Source: Obrimoposthia wandeli
Taxonomy: Eukaryota
Direction of reading: 5' to 3'
DNA: 64,000 nt
NCBI GenBank assembly: GCA_977020255.1
Contig: CDROCS010000091.1
Coordinates: forward strand, 124,001-188,000
Shown piece by piece: positions 49,901 through 60,340 of this stretch. The notes beneath the pieces are model-generated. The model made no database searches and was not told the DNA's origin. It was given only the letters and a program-made list of their open reading frames with translations. The position numbers were made by a program, and so were the translations under genes. Positions within the stretch are counted from its first letter, which is position 1. The number at the start of each line of letters is the position of its first letter.

Positions 49901-50662
49901 GATGAAGAGAGACATCTAAGTATTGGACAGTTAGCAGCGTCATTAGAGCAGTATAGTGCAGAGAGGAATGAAGATATCAGATGTGATATGAATTCGGAAA
50001 CTCCAAGTAGTAAAGATATACTTACGGGAATTCTCAGGCAAGTGAAGCCGAAGTTGTTCAAAATGTACAGAGATGAAACAACCGATATAACAGACAATTT
50101 GACTAAAGCAGTCAGATCACAGATGTCTGCAGTAAAGAGAATGACCGCGAATAATGTATACCATGCATCCATAGATAGATTTTATGACGGTGAAGTTTTA
50201 GCGAGACTATGTGGAAACCAGACTACAAATAAAAAGTTAATTACAGCGATCACATATCTATGTTTCCAATTGACGGAACGAACGAGCCAACCTCACGAAG
50301 TCAAACAAGGAATAAATGAAGCGATGTATTTGATCGAGAATGTGTTACAGAGACGAATTGACGAAAATGGAGGTTGGGCAAAATTAAGTGACTATGCTAA
50401 AACCATTGTGGAAATGAATGAAGACGATGACGAACAATGTCATGAGAATCGTCAAAGGGAAAATAAACAATACCGTCCGAAAGAGAGAAACAATCAACCA
50501 AATATGTCCACAACAATGATGATGATGATGTTAGTAATGTTTATGGGAATGCAACAGGCATCAGGATTGATAGCATATGACTGTAGCATACCAAAGATGG
50601 GACAAAAGTATTCACTGCTTGACAGCGAAGACTGTCCAGAATCACAACCAAATCAAAACTAG
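46904..50662 (+). CDS. gag: Gag polyprotein: capsid, CCHC knuckle, ubiquitin-like, AT-hook, Bcl-2-like, env signal peptide
   Basis: ITKFKGDEESICDFLAEY...QAHLTGLA...RKQKHDEGVNEY (Ty3/Gypsy capsid) and CYTCKQMGHYSRDC (48185-48226). First in-frame ATG at 46967. Confidence 0.9.
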   Translation: MIEEVQVNNIEGIVEDDIVEDMAQPGAQADINAGNHVGDMNAEQLAQALNATLRPNFSGSLQITKFKGDEESICDFLAEYSSCADVQGWNDKEKCVRVQAHLTGLALEVYKHLTEAERLDWPTLENAFIGKLVLGDLAKVNKRLMRERKQKHDEGVNEYAYVLRTLAARAYPRRIMRNQDGIPVPQEAQAAENDRNQNEMAEVLLDIFRGGLKKDIKVLLAVSDTNDFDNAVRKAREIEKNIKNNAALAIYAMTAGDDDKTKVFVNKTEPSNFQNRNYGQNKFEKVDESSNGNRDNFRSRNRDDSRGRNNSESWNRNRDDSRGRNNNDSWNRNRDDSRNRFNRDDSGNRQPWRGDDRNYNANRGERSDSRFGNNTGNSDGRFNNRGSGFESNFRRNDFRGRYDNRQNSRRVQFEDEQNKIDIRGRIMCYTCKQMGHYSRDCTRSKEFGANRFGNNNFGNNNFGNNYRGYNSPPPWNRGGGYTPQPWRLNNQYTDRQQSPGRYNNYADRQQGAERYNNYVGQQGAERYNNSGRYNNNNVDKTNSRESSPKPKGNFSYVSDDSDRNRETELRREIDFEDSDSKFERMLGIIKDSPHTKMANSSTLSKQEKSLHSREEMNDLMNRILEAYETPIEKTCNAQPMTDHVEAARNATSMEDVKKIISEAKETLNQPLDETSEAPEVLAKLQTIKVHRLEEVRAELVKHSHDNLGYKEVPRGLLKGYGRYVQRSNQKGTMKISLRLISGQIIHEKLNVYQTMKTIRKKLAEKLEIDGMNMLFHYKGRSLDDEDVPVEFGYPIGNELEEKIDVITVGRQELVDNEGLTEILNSALEMIKTPIEILDSSSESEDNDVAEAWNKTSTPEPYVTELQDMNLENELTTPVVEVPPEPDIIPIRQDEVTDTANQVRQNETVTQLVGEDEVSEIVDLDSPIWHAAYKDRQAEQMMRQSEEIGHEEGPSQEIQYNGETYDPGENQTEYQYFRRGPGRPRKGESILRNVLTAPQTDEERHLSIGQLAASLEQYSAERNEDIRCDMNSETPSSKDILTGILRQVKPKLFKMYRDETTDITDNLTKAVRSQMSAVKRMTANNVYHASIDRFYDGEVLARLCGNQTTNKKLITAITYLCFQLTERTSQPHEVKQGINEAMYLIENVLQRRIDENGGWAKLSDYAKTIVEMNEDDDEQCHENRQRENKQYRPKERNNQPNMSTTMMMMMLVMFMGMQQASGLIAYDCSIPKMGQKYSLLDSEDCPESQPNQN
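49100..49328 (+). other. Ubiquitin/SUMO-like domain within Gag ORF
   Basis: MKISLRLISGQIIHEKLNVYQTMKTIRKKLAEKLEIDGMNMLFHYKGRSLDDEDVPVEFG follows the beta-grasp pattern. Confidence 0.65.
49990..50400 (+). other. Bcl-2-like domain within Gag ORF
   Basis: BH3-like LRQVKPKLFKMYRDETTDITDNL, BH1-like IDRFYDGEVLARL and BH2-like VLQRRIDENGGWAKL, in the expected order and spacing. Confidence 0.6.
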
Positions 50663-52370
50663 AAGTTCAAGGTGTTGAAAACTACTTTGTGTATCAGGAT
50701 GTTGATAAAGTACAAGTAGAAGTGAAAGAATGTTCAATCCATTCAAGTTATCACGAATTCTATTGGGGTCATAGAAGTTTATGTCGGAAATCACACCTAC
50801 CACACCGTACAAGGCACATAAGGTTTTGCCGAGAGATTGCGAAGACGCATTTCGAACGGGAACAATAGAGGTAGACAAGAATTACAAACCTGAAGTAAAA
50901 ATTGGAGTGAGACGATACAAAACAGTCACGAGAGTCGGACAACGATGGGCTGATGGATCTTGTGACGGAGAAACAAAAAACGTGCGTGGAACCAAAGTAT
51001 CTGAGTTAGTAATGGATGTAACTTACAAAATCGAATTAAAAACATGGACCGCCAATTTTGATAAAAAGACACAACTAATGATGAAGTATCCAGAATGTAA
51101 AATGACAGATACATCTTGTTTTACAGGTGAATCCACAATTGTGTATAACATAAATCCGAAACAATGCTCTTTAGTATTTTTGAAAGAGATTAGCTTTAAT
51201 AAAATAAAAGGATTCCTGTATAATAAAGATGGAGAAGGATTCCTGTATAATAAAGTTGGAAAAGGATTGCTAAATGAAACAAGACCAATTCCAATGACAA
51301 AGACACCTACACTGTTAATGGCAACATCAATAGAAGAAGGATTGATATTTATTAAAAAGAGAAACAAAGCGCGATGCGGAATGACTGTTAGTACCACAAA
51401 CTATCCAGGAATAGTTTTGTCTAAAGAAGCAATAGCATTGGCAGAAACCAAGCTAAAACCAAAAGATATGCAGCTACACACGTATTTTAATAATAAAATT
51501 GATTTCTATTATCATAAAGGATTGATGCAAATGGAACAGTTATATCGAATGATGATCGAAAGAGATTGCCAGCTAAACAAAGAGATCGTAAGAACAAAAT
51601 TAGCATTAGCTATTACGAATCCAGACATGGTAGCACCATTATTACCCTTGGATGAAGGAGTATTTGCTAAAACCATGGGAGAAGTATTGTATACTTACAA
51701 GTGTAATAAAGTAGAGGTACAGTTGAGGAAAACAGATCGATGTACGAGTGAATTGGCAGTAACGTATAATTTAAAAGATCTTTTTGTTGAACCAATCACG
51801 AGAATGTTACTTCCAAAAGACACACCAACTAAAGAAATCAGCTGCTCTAATATAATGGCACCTGAATATCAGATGACGAATAATCTATGGATAACGTTAC
51901 CTGATCGAAAGCCAACGACAACCCCAGCGATGATAAGAATGACGAATCTTAAAGGTAAAATGAAATTCCAAGCGGTGGAAAATATGGAGAACGCAGGATT
52001 GTACAATGAAAAAGATTTAAAAGCAGCGTGGAACGAAATAATGTTTCCAGTAAGAAGAGCCAGAGTACTTACAGAGATGGTACATCGAGCATTACCGCCA
52101 GGAGCGAGATATGCGAATTTCGATATGTTATTATCGCCAAGTAATTTCAAGGAAGCAGCACATCAGACACTTAGAAAGATGTGGGGGAAATTCCTTGTTT
52201 TAGGACAATTATTTTCGGGTATCATAGGTATTTATGTTATAATTAAATTTGTGCAGGTAATTATAGCCCAGGTGTTGTCTACGTATAGTTTATACAGGAT
52301 AACCGGAATCACCTGGCAACTTATAATTGGATGTTTTCCAGTTTTAGCAAAATATCTAATGCACCATCAT
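50504..52370 (+). CDS. env: Env: chuvirus/Monjiviricetes-like class III fusion glycoprotein (frameshifts near 50655 and 50780)
   Basis: Signal peptide followed by GLIAYDC; GEVLYTYKCNKVEVQLRKTDRCTSELAV; C-terminal hydrophobic MWGKFLVLGQLFSGIIGIYVIIKF...YSLYRITG. Confidence 0.82.
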
Positions 52371-52721
52371 CACGAGAACGAGTTGCGAGCCCTCAAGAAG
52401 GAACAACACCAAACGAGAACCATGATGAGAGAACCAAGAAACTATCGAGACGACAACGACGACGATAATGATAGTCCAGAAGTATATGCAAAGATACCAC
52501 GAAAACCAAAGATTCCGTTACCAGACAAGGAAGAAGTGGCGTTAAACCTATATCCAATGAAGGAATTGAAGGAAGAGAAGGAAAATTTCAAGAGAGGCAT
52601 CTTAATGACAAGATGGCCTAAAGTGAGCTACAGTGAAATTCCACAAGCAGAGGAAAAAGACAAAAAAGATAATTCCAGAAGAATTCTGAAATCTAGAATA
52701 TCAAATGAGAATCCAAATGCT

Positions 52722-53006
52722 CCACCACAAGTAGCAGTAACATTGAACGGAAGAGAATATCTTGCCGAAGTTGATACCGGATCAGCAGTATCAGTGCTAA
52801 GTAAAGAAATCTTGTCATCAAAAGAATTAAGAGAAGTATGTCCTAGAAAACAGACATTTGTTAACGTGAATGGTACAGATGTAGTGTCGGAAGGAACACT
52901 GAAATGTTCATTGAATATCGATGGAAGAGCATTACAGTTAAATGCTAGAATATTCACAGATTGCGGTAGTCCAGTCATGATTGGGATGGACGTAATACGA
53001 ATGTTT
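52722..53006 (+). other. Retropepsin-like aspartic protease 1
   Basis: VTLNGREYLAEVDTGSAVSVL...PVMIGMDVI. Confidence 0.85.
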
Positions 53007-53255
53007 GAAGGAATAATTATACTACCAAACAACAAGAGTTATAAGAATGACAGTTCAGTGAGAGAGATAAAAATGTTGAGAGGACCTATAGTCGAAAAGG
53101 AAAAATACACTACGTTCCGTATGGGAAGTTCGTACCCAGACAGAAAACAGGAAGCGCTAGCAAAGTCGATACTTCACTACAAAAATGTAAATTTCGGACC
53201 ACAAGATACGACGAGGAGAAAAATAACATACGTAAATCTGTCAGAAAGGGATCCC

Positions 53256-53480
53256 ATGAGATTCGAGAGAAAGAGGCGAAATATATTAGAACAGTACTAT
53301 TCAAAAGGAATGGCACGTAAAATGGCAAGATCAGGTTTAGAAATGTTAAACGCGACAAGCAGTTATGGTCATGAGATAGTAGTACGATGCGTATGGTGTA
53401 GAGTAAAGTTCAGAGAATGGGAAAAGAATGAAAACCCAATGAGACGTCATAAAAGAGATGCACCAAATTGTCCATTTCTT
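53256..53480 (+). other. BIR domain
   Basis: CVWC-x16-H-x6-C (RCVWCRVKFREWEKNENPMRRHKRDAPNCPFL), the exact canonical BIR spacing. Confidence 0.9.
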
Positions 53481-53649
53481 TTGAAACTGAAAACGTCAAA
53501 CGTACCAGAAATCCAAAAAGGAAAAGCACCCGATTTCGATTACAGTGACGGGATTCCAAAAGGAGAATCAGCTCTAATAACAGGTAGAGTAATAACGAAT
53601 AGTCGAATTGAAGATATATTCGAAGTTATGCGAGAAGTGAACGAATGTG

Positions 53650-53845
53650 ACGAACAGTATCGAGAAATAACTTTCGAACCCAAGACTTAAAAAATTGGCA
53701 AAAAGGACTTTTTGCTATAAAAAAGGATGGTAAAGACGTAATTAAATGCCACAAGTGTAAAAAAGAACGAATTATCGACAGATATACTCTTGAGCTACCT
53801 AAGAAAATTTTACATCATGAATTTTGCGAATTTTGTACTTTTAAA
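53650..53845 (+). other. Second, degenerate BIR-like / Zn-binding segment
   Basis: After a -1 shift: NWQKGLFAIKKDGKDVIKCHKCKKE...ILHHEFCEFC; spacing is non-canonical. Confidence 0.45.
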
Positions 53846-54126
53846 AACAAAATAAAGCAAAAAGAACAGAAAACAGAATGTATAATCGAATACCAAATCA
53901 CACGAAAAGAGATTTTGGCTCAACAAGACACACCGGTAGTGTCATTCGTGAGAAGATTATATCCAAAAGAAGCAGAAAGAATCAGAGAATTGGTAGAATT
54001 AAAAATAAAAACTACGCGAAACGGATACGGATCGATTTTGAATTACTGCGAGATAAAGATGACAGTACAATTGAAACAAAGAAGGAGTACATAAATGAAC
54101 TAGAATACGTACTAGAAGATCCGGAA

Positions 54127-54270
54127 TGCGCAGTTTGCATGGTCAACAAAATAGAAGTTGCCTTTCTACCATGCGGACATGTAAGAACATGTCGGAGATG
54201 TGCGAATGAAATGGTATCATGTCCGATTTGTCGAAGAATAATAGATCGACAAGTGAGAAACATTAGATTT
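54127..54270 (+). other. IAP-type RING-HC finger
   Basis: CAVCMVNKIEVAFLPCGHVRTCRRCANEMVSCPICRRII. Confidence 0.9.
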
Positions 54271-54357
54271 CACTATCCAAACATAGGAAGTGGACTGACA
54301 GAGTGTAATAATTCAATAAATACAATATACCATATGGGAAACATAAATGGAGCACAG

Positions 54358-57300
54358 CGACCAGCAGCTATCATTAGAGTAAATAATTTAAGAGTAAAAG
54401 CCTTGATTGATACAGGTGCTGTAGCTTCGATAGTAAGTGAAGACTGTTTGACAGAGGAACAGAAACGAACAATGGCAGAACCAGATGAATTCTTGGTATC
54501 AGTCAATGGAGACCCTGTAAAAGTGACGGGAATATTACCATGTACATTTATAATTGGACGTAATACGATCACTATACCAGTTAGAATCATGAAAGAATGT
54601 CCTGAACCTACAATTTTAGGAATGGATGTATTATCACAACTTAAAGGGATAAGTATTGATTTACAAGATCCAAGATTGAAGGATAGCACATCAAACAGAC
54701 AAATAAACCAAATTGATGTAATTATAGAGAATCCTATAAAAATCGGTAAAAGATCACAATTTCTCATTCAAGGTCACACATTATCAGAAGATAAAGGACC
54801 AGTTGTGTTCGAACCATCACGAGATTTCATAGAGAAATACGAATTACCAGTTGTGAGTACAGTATGCCTGATCGAAAACCACAAAATACCAGTTAGACTG
54901 ATGAATACAACCAACAATGACATCCTATTATACAGAGGAATGAGGTTGGGAAAGATAGCACAGATGGAGAATTCCACTGTATGCGCTATGAAACTCGATA
55001 AAGATACGAATGATTACGAAGAAATAGTAATCCAATCAGAAAGACTGACAACTAGAGAAAAGCAATTACTTGATCTAATACATAAATTTCCGAAAGTAAT
55101 TGCAAAAATCCATATGACATAGGAGAAACACCTGTCATAAAACATACAATACCACTGACAGAAGACAAAGTAGTCAGAAGAAGACCATATCGAGTACCAT
55201 TACAATTACAAGATGAAGTAAAAAGTCAGATTGAAGATATGTCTAAAACAGGAGTAATTAGACCGAGTTTTCGCCATTCTCAGCACCTGTGGTGTTGGTA
55301 AGAAGGATGGGAAAATGAGATTCTGTATAGATTTCAGAGAACTGAACAAGATCACAAGAAAAGATGTGTATCCATTACCTAGAATCGAAGAGATGCTCGA
55401 TAAATTGGGTAATTCAGATTATTTTACGACATTGGATTTGCAGAGTGGATACTGGCAAATCGAGATAGAGGAAGAGGATAAACACAAAACAGCCTTTTCC
55501 TGCGGAGATGGATTATACGAATGCGAAAAGATGCCATTCGGACTGACAGGAGCTCAGCAACATTTCAGCGTTGCATGAATTTTGTACTCGCATCGTGTGC
55601 AAACACGATGGTTTATATCGATGACATAATAATATTTTCAAAGAAAACGTTCGAAGAACATTTAAAAAATCTTGAAGTTGTATTTAAAAGACTGGAAAAC
55701 GCTAAATTAAAAGTTAAACCTACAAAATGCGAATGGGCTAAGAGGCGAAGTAACATTTTAGGGACATATAGTATCGAAAGAAGGCATTCGACCTGATCCA
55801 GCAAAGATCGAGAAAGTAAAAGCGCATTTAGCGCCAAAGACTGTTAAGGAGATACAGAGTTTTTAGGTCTTTTTTGCGAATTATTATAGACGATTTGTTG
55901 AACATTTTCCAGATATAGCAACACCATTGAGAAAGACGGCAGAGAGAGAAAAGATGAGAAGTTCATATGGGGAGAAGAAGCCCAACAAGCGTTCGAGCAT
56001 TTAAAAAGAAAGATTGATAAAAGCACCGATATTGCGTTTCCAGATATAAACCGACAATTCATACTTATGACAGATGCAAGTAACTATGCTGTAGGAGCAG
56101 TATTGGGACAAGAGGATGACGAAGGAAGAGAACACGTCATCGCGTATGCGAGTAGAGGATTAAACAGAGCTGAAAGAGGATACTCTGTTATCGAAAAGGA
56201 ATGTCTAGCCATAGTGTATTCATGTAGACAGTACAGACACTATTTGCTAGGACAAAAAGTATTCCTGTATACAGATCACAAACCACTACAGTTCTTGTAT
56301 AAACATAGAGATGAGAGATGAGTAGATTAAACAGATGGTTTCTAAAATTGGCCGAATTCGATCTAGAAATCCGTTATAGAACCGGAAAGTCGAATGGCAA
56401 CGCAGATTGAAATTTATCGAGATTGACAAATGTAGACGAGAAAGGAAACATAATTCCAGAAGAAGATGTAGAAACCAATGATCAAAAAGGAGAAGCAAAT
56501 CTACTGACGATTTTGCTAAAGACGGGTAAAATAGACAAAGAGATCATCAAAGAACAGAAAGAAGATGAAGAACTGAGTCTAATTAAAGAATTGTTGGTGA
56601 AAAGGAGATCTAAACCGATGAAATGACGAAAAAATACTCGATAAAAGAAGGAATCTTGTATATTGTCAATAACGTCGGAAAGATAGTAGTAGTAATTCCG
56701 AAGTCATTGAAAACAGTATGATCAGTATCACGACGGAACACTAGGAGGACATCTGTCAGGGCGAAAGACAATAGCCAGAATCAAAGAGAACATGTACCAT
56801 TGGGATGAGTATGGAAGACGACATAAAACAATGGTGTAAACAATGTAAAGTATGTTTAACCAGAAAAGACGCATGGAACTCGTACTAAAGTTCCGTTGAA
56901 ACCAATGCCACTTGTTCCTTAGGCACCAATGGAATTCACAGCGATGGATATATTAGGACCATTGAGAGAATCAAGTAAAGGGAAACAAGTACGTCATAGT
57001 ATTTACGGACTACATGACGAGATGGTAGAAGCATATCCATGCAGGGCAACCAGAAAGCTGAAACAATAGCGCAAATCTTAGTGGAAGAGATAATATTTCG
57101 ATACAGGTGCCTAGAAAGTTGTTAACGGATCAAGGAAAGAACTTCACTGGAGAAGTCATAAAAGCAGTATCGAAGATATTCGGAATTATGAAGTTACAAA
57201 CTTCACCCATATCACCCACAGACAGATGGTCTGGTAGAAAGGTTTAATAAAACTTTATGTATGATGGTACAATCCTATTGCTCAGACAAGCAAGAGGATT

Positions 57301-57790
57301 GGGATAAATATTTACCTTCATGTTTATATGCTTACAGGAATTCAGTTCGAGAGGCGACAGGTCACACACCATTCTATCTGATGCATCTCAGACAGAACAA
57401 TATGCCAATGGATCTGAATGGACCGAGCCAACATCTCAGTACCTAGAAACTGAACAATACATTGTCGTCATGAAGGAAAGATTACAAGATGCTTGGACCA
57501 AAGCCGGATTGAAGTTGAAATTCAATCAAAGAAGGTTACAAGGAACAATACGACAAAAAGCAAAACCACATGAATTTAGAGTCGGAATCAAGTGATGATA
57601 TTTTATCCAGTCATCGAACCAGGTCTATCGTTTAAACTTCATAGACCATACAATGGACCGTACAAAGTGATCAGACAACCTCAACAAATTTGAAAGTAAT
57701 CAACGAAGAGAATCGGAACAAGGAACCGATGATTGTACATGCAAATCGATGCAAATTAGTACCAAATAAAGATAATGCGTCACGATATGA
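54358..57790 (+). pseudogene. pol: Pol: protease 2, RT, RNase H, integrase (multiple 1-nt frameshifts)
   Basis: LIDTGA; RFCIDFRELN, LDLQSGYWQI, MPFGL, VYIDDII; TDASNYAVGAVL, EKECLAI, TDHKPL; HDGTLGGH/CKQC, MDILGP, TDQGKNF, YHPQTDGLVERFNKTL; GPY. Confidence 0.95.
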
Positions 57791-57989
57791 GTTAAGATCA
57801 CAGAAATCGAAATCGAACACCAATACCATTAAACTTACACGAATGGTAAGTGATCGGAACTACATAAACACGATGACGAGTGGTAGCGAGAAAAACCAGC
57901 GAGGCGGAATTGGTATGCTCAGAATGAAGTACCAAGAGGAAAAGGAAGTAATCAAACGACATCGCACCACAAGAGATATTAGAAGAAGA

Positions 57990-58546
57990 CGAAGAGATAA
58001 TAGTCGTTTTCGAAAAACACAACCAACAGATGTAGCTAAAGAAGTCATTGTGAAAGATGCACTAACAAACGAATTTCTGTGCGAACTTAGAGTGTCATAC
58101 TACGACGGAAATACATTAGTCGCTGCACTTTATCAAAATTCCAATGTGTTTACGACTGAGAAAGTGATAATCGAAATCACATTGACACCAAACATAGTTG
58201 CATGGCAGAACTATGACAGTACTGAAGCAGGACTAGCCAGTCAGGAAGAAAAAGAACCGGCCGGTGGTCACATACTGCATGGTACACCAAAAGACTCAAA
58301 CAAGAATACCACGATGTAATAATGGTATTACGTAATTCACATGGGAAAAGAGATATCATGAGAGTCCATTTAATCGACGCTGACACTGAAAAGATAATTT
58401 GTCAGATGGACACCAAATACTTTGATGGAAAGACAATTGTATGTTGTATACCAGAATCTCACCGATTAGAGACAGATCAAACGGAAGTATCTGTAAGGTT
58501 GAGCGTAATAGAAATTCCATTCGCCAACCCATCCGGAAGTGACTAA
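57990..58546 (+). CDS. Unknown post-integrase region with an internally duplicated ~60-aa unit
   Basis: VIVKDALTNEFLCELRVSYYDGNTLV versus VHLIDADTEKIICQMDTKYFDGKTIV. Confidence 0.45.
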
Positions 58547-59369
58547 CAATAAAATCATCAAAGCAACGGCAGAGTTACGCATTGACAGCGGATACCGGAA
58601 GTGGGAAGCTAAAAATAAAAAGCCACAAAGAATCAATATGATCCGAGAACAAGTGACCAACTCAATCCAGCCAAAATATCATGCTGAAATAGTATCATCC
58701 GCACCAAGTGTAATTACATCGATAAACGACGAAATTATAATTTTACTAAAAATCGATGGCCGTCATCAACTTCGAGATACGAGTAAATTTAATTAATTAT
58801 GCGAAAACACCGATATCTAAGCTGAATGTTACCTATTTTGATGGATTGTCCATCATGGGTAAATGGAAACAATTGTCATGTGCTATGGAGCACAGTTCCA
58901 AGTTGAGATACTTAAAGATAGTGTAATACCGTATCCGATTCACAAATACGAAGGAAATCAATCCAATTATTCTAACACCTTCATTAATTTCAGTTCAGAC
59001 AGACATACCAGAATACCCTTCGAGCGAGTCTAGTGAAGACAGCGAACCGGAGAGTAACGATACAGAATCAACAGAATCCGAAGATAACATAATAGAGCGA
59101 TTCGGAAGAACCATGGAGATTGAATTCGCTAAAGAGGCAGAAAAAGACAAAACATAGAATTCGTAGAAACAGAATATACAAGAAAGACGAATTAAATCTG
59201 CAGAGGAGACCGAGTCGGAAGAAGACTCAACAAGGAACAGACATCAGAGACAAAGATGAATATCTCTCAGCAATACGAATGCTGAGAGGAAAGAAACTGG
59301 CAAAACTATCTAACATCGACGAACAGATAGAAGAGATTAGAAAGATTAAAACTTGAAGAGTCAGAATTA

Positions 59370-59760
59370 ATGCCACCAATGAGTGAGATCATTCCAGGTA
59401 AGTTATACCTCGGAAATGTAGAGGATGCAACAGATGAAAGAAACTGTTGGAACAAAGGGATAACATACGTGATCAGCGTTACAATGAATCACAAATCACA
59501 ATATCAGACGAAATCAGAGCTATGACATTAAGAGTAAAAGACTCAATGGACGCTAATCTTCCTCCAGATAGTTCATTAGAAACAAACGAAATACTTCACA
59601 GAGAACTCGGAACCGAGAAAGTGTTGGTACATTGTCAGAAGGAATTTCTCGATCAGCAACTCTAGTATTAGCATATCTAATAAAGACTAGACAGATGCAG
59701 GTACTAGAAACGCTAAAATACCTACAGGAGAGAAAGAAGTATTGCAAACCCAAATCTTAA
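59370..59760 (+). pseudogene. Dual-specificity protein phosphatase (frameshifted)
   Basis: MSEIIPGKLYLGNVEDA...GITYVISV, VKDSMDANL, KVLVHCQK/GISRSATLVLAYLI; restoring one G gives HCQKGISRS. Confidence 0.85.
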
Positions 59761-59859
59761 TTTTTTGGGACAGTTGGCAATTACCAACTTCTGTTACAGA
59801 ACAAAGACAGTTGGACGACATTCCTGAGGATCAAAGGAAAGAATTCCTCCAAGCATTAT

Positions 59860-60340
59860 CATTATTGAGTTATTCTTGGCCAGGTCGACAAATACACAGA
59901 TAATGCAAAGTATTTTATATCATCAGGAGATATAGACACTGCTGGATTAAAGTTCCACAGTATCAACCGAGTAATCAACATTTGAGTCGAGCAAGAGATA
60001 ATTAGTCTGTCAAAATACTGAAGATGACACCACTCGATACATACATGCTTCCAATCGAGGAGATAAACGTGCACAACAACATCTGACGAAAGTGACTCAA
60101 ACCATCAAGCCGAAGTCACAGAAGAGCAGCGTTTATCAGAAAAAAGGTACGATGTTAGCGCCTATCATAGGTATCCTTGTTGGTAAGTACCATGGTCACA
60201 CGCCAGAAGAAGCGATGGTCTACATCAAACAGAATAGACCAGATACGGAATTCAACCCGTTACTCGTTCGAGAAATAGAAATTTTTGAAAGAGGAAGCAA
60301 CAACGAGAAAGAAATGAAACTACAACAACAGTGCCCAGCT
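59860..60340 (+). pseudogene. Second DSP-like domain, apparently lacking the catalytic Cys
   Basis: GLKFHSINRVINI and EEAMVYIKQNRPDTEFNPLLVREIEIFE match DSP N- and C-terminal patterns; the P-loop position reads VYQKKGTMLA. Confidence 0.5.

Noticed and set aside
53670-53700. Programmed -1 ribosomal frameshift at the end of the env-protease-BIR ORF
   Set aside because: The A-run lies at or after the in-frame TAA, no canonical slippery heptamer precedes it, and similar 1-nt shifts occur inside conserved domains, which favours error or decay.
46408-58660. Numerous minus-strand ORFs opposite gag/env/pol
   Set aside because: Antisense shadows of purine-rich coding sequence, with no motifs.
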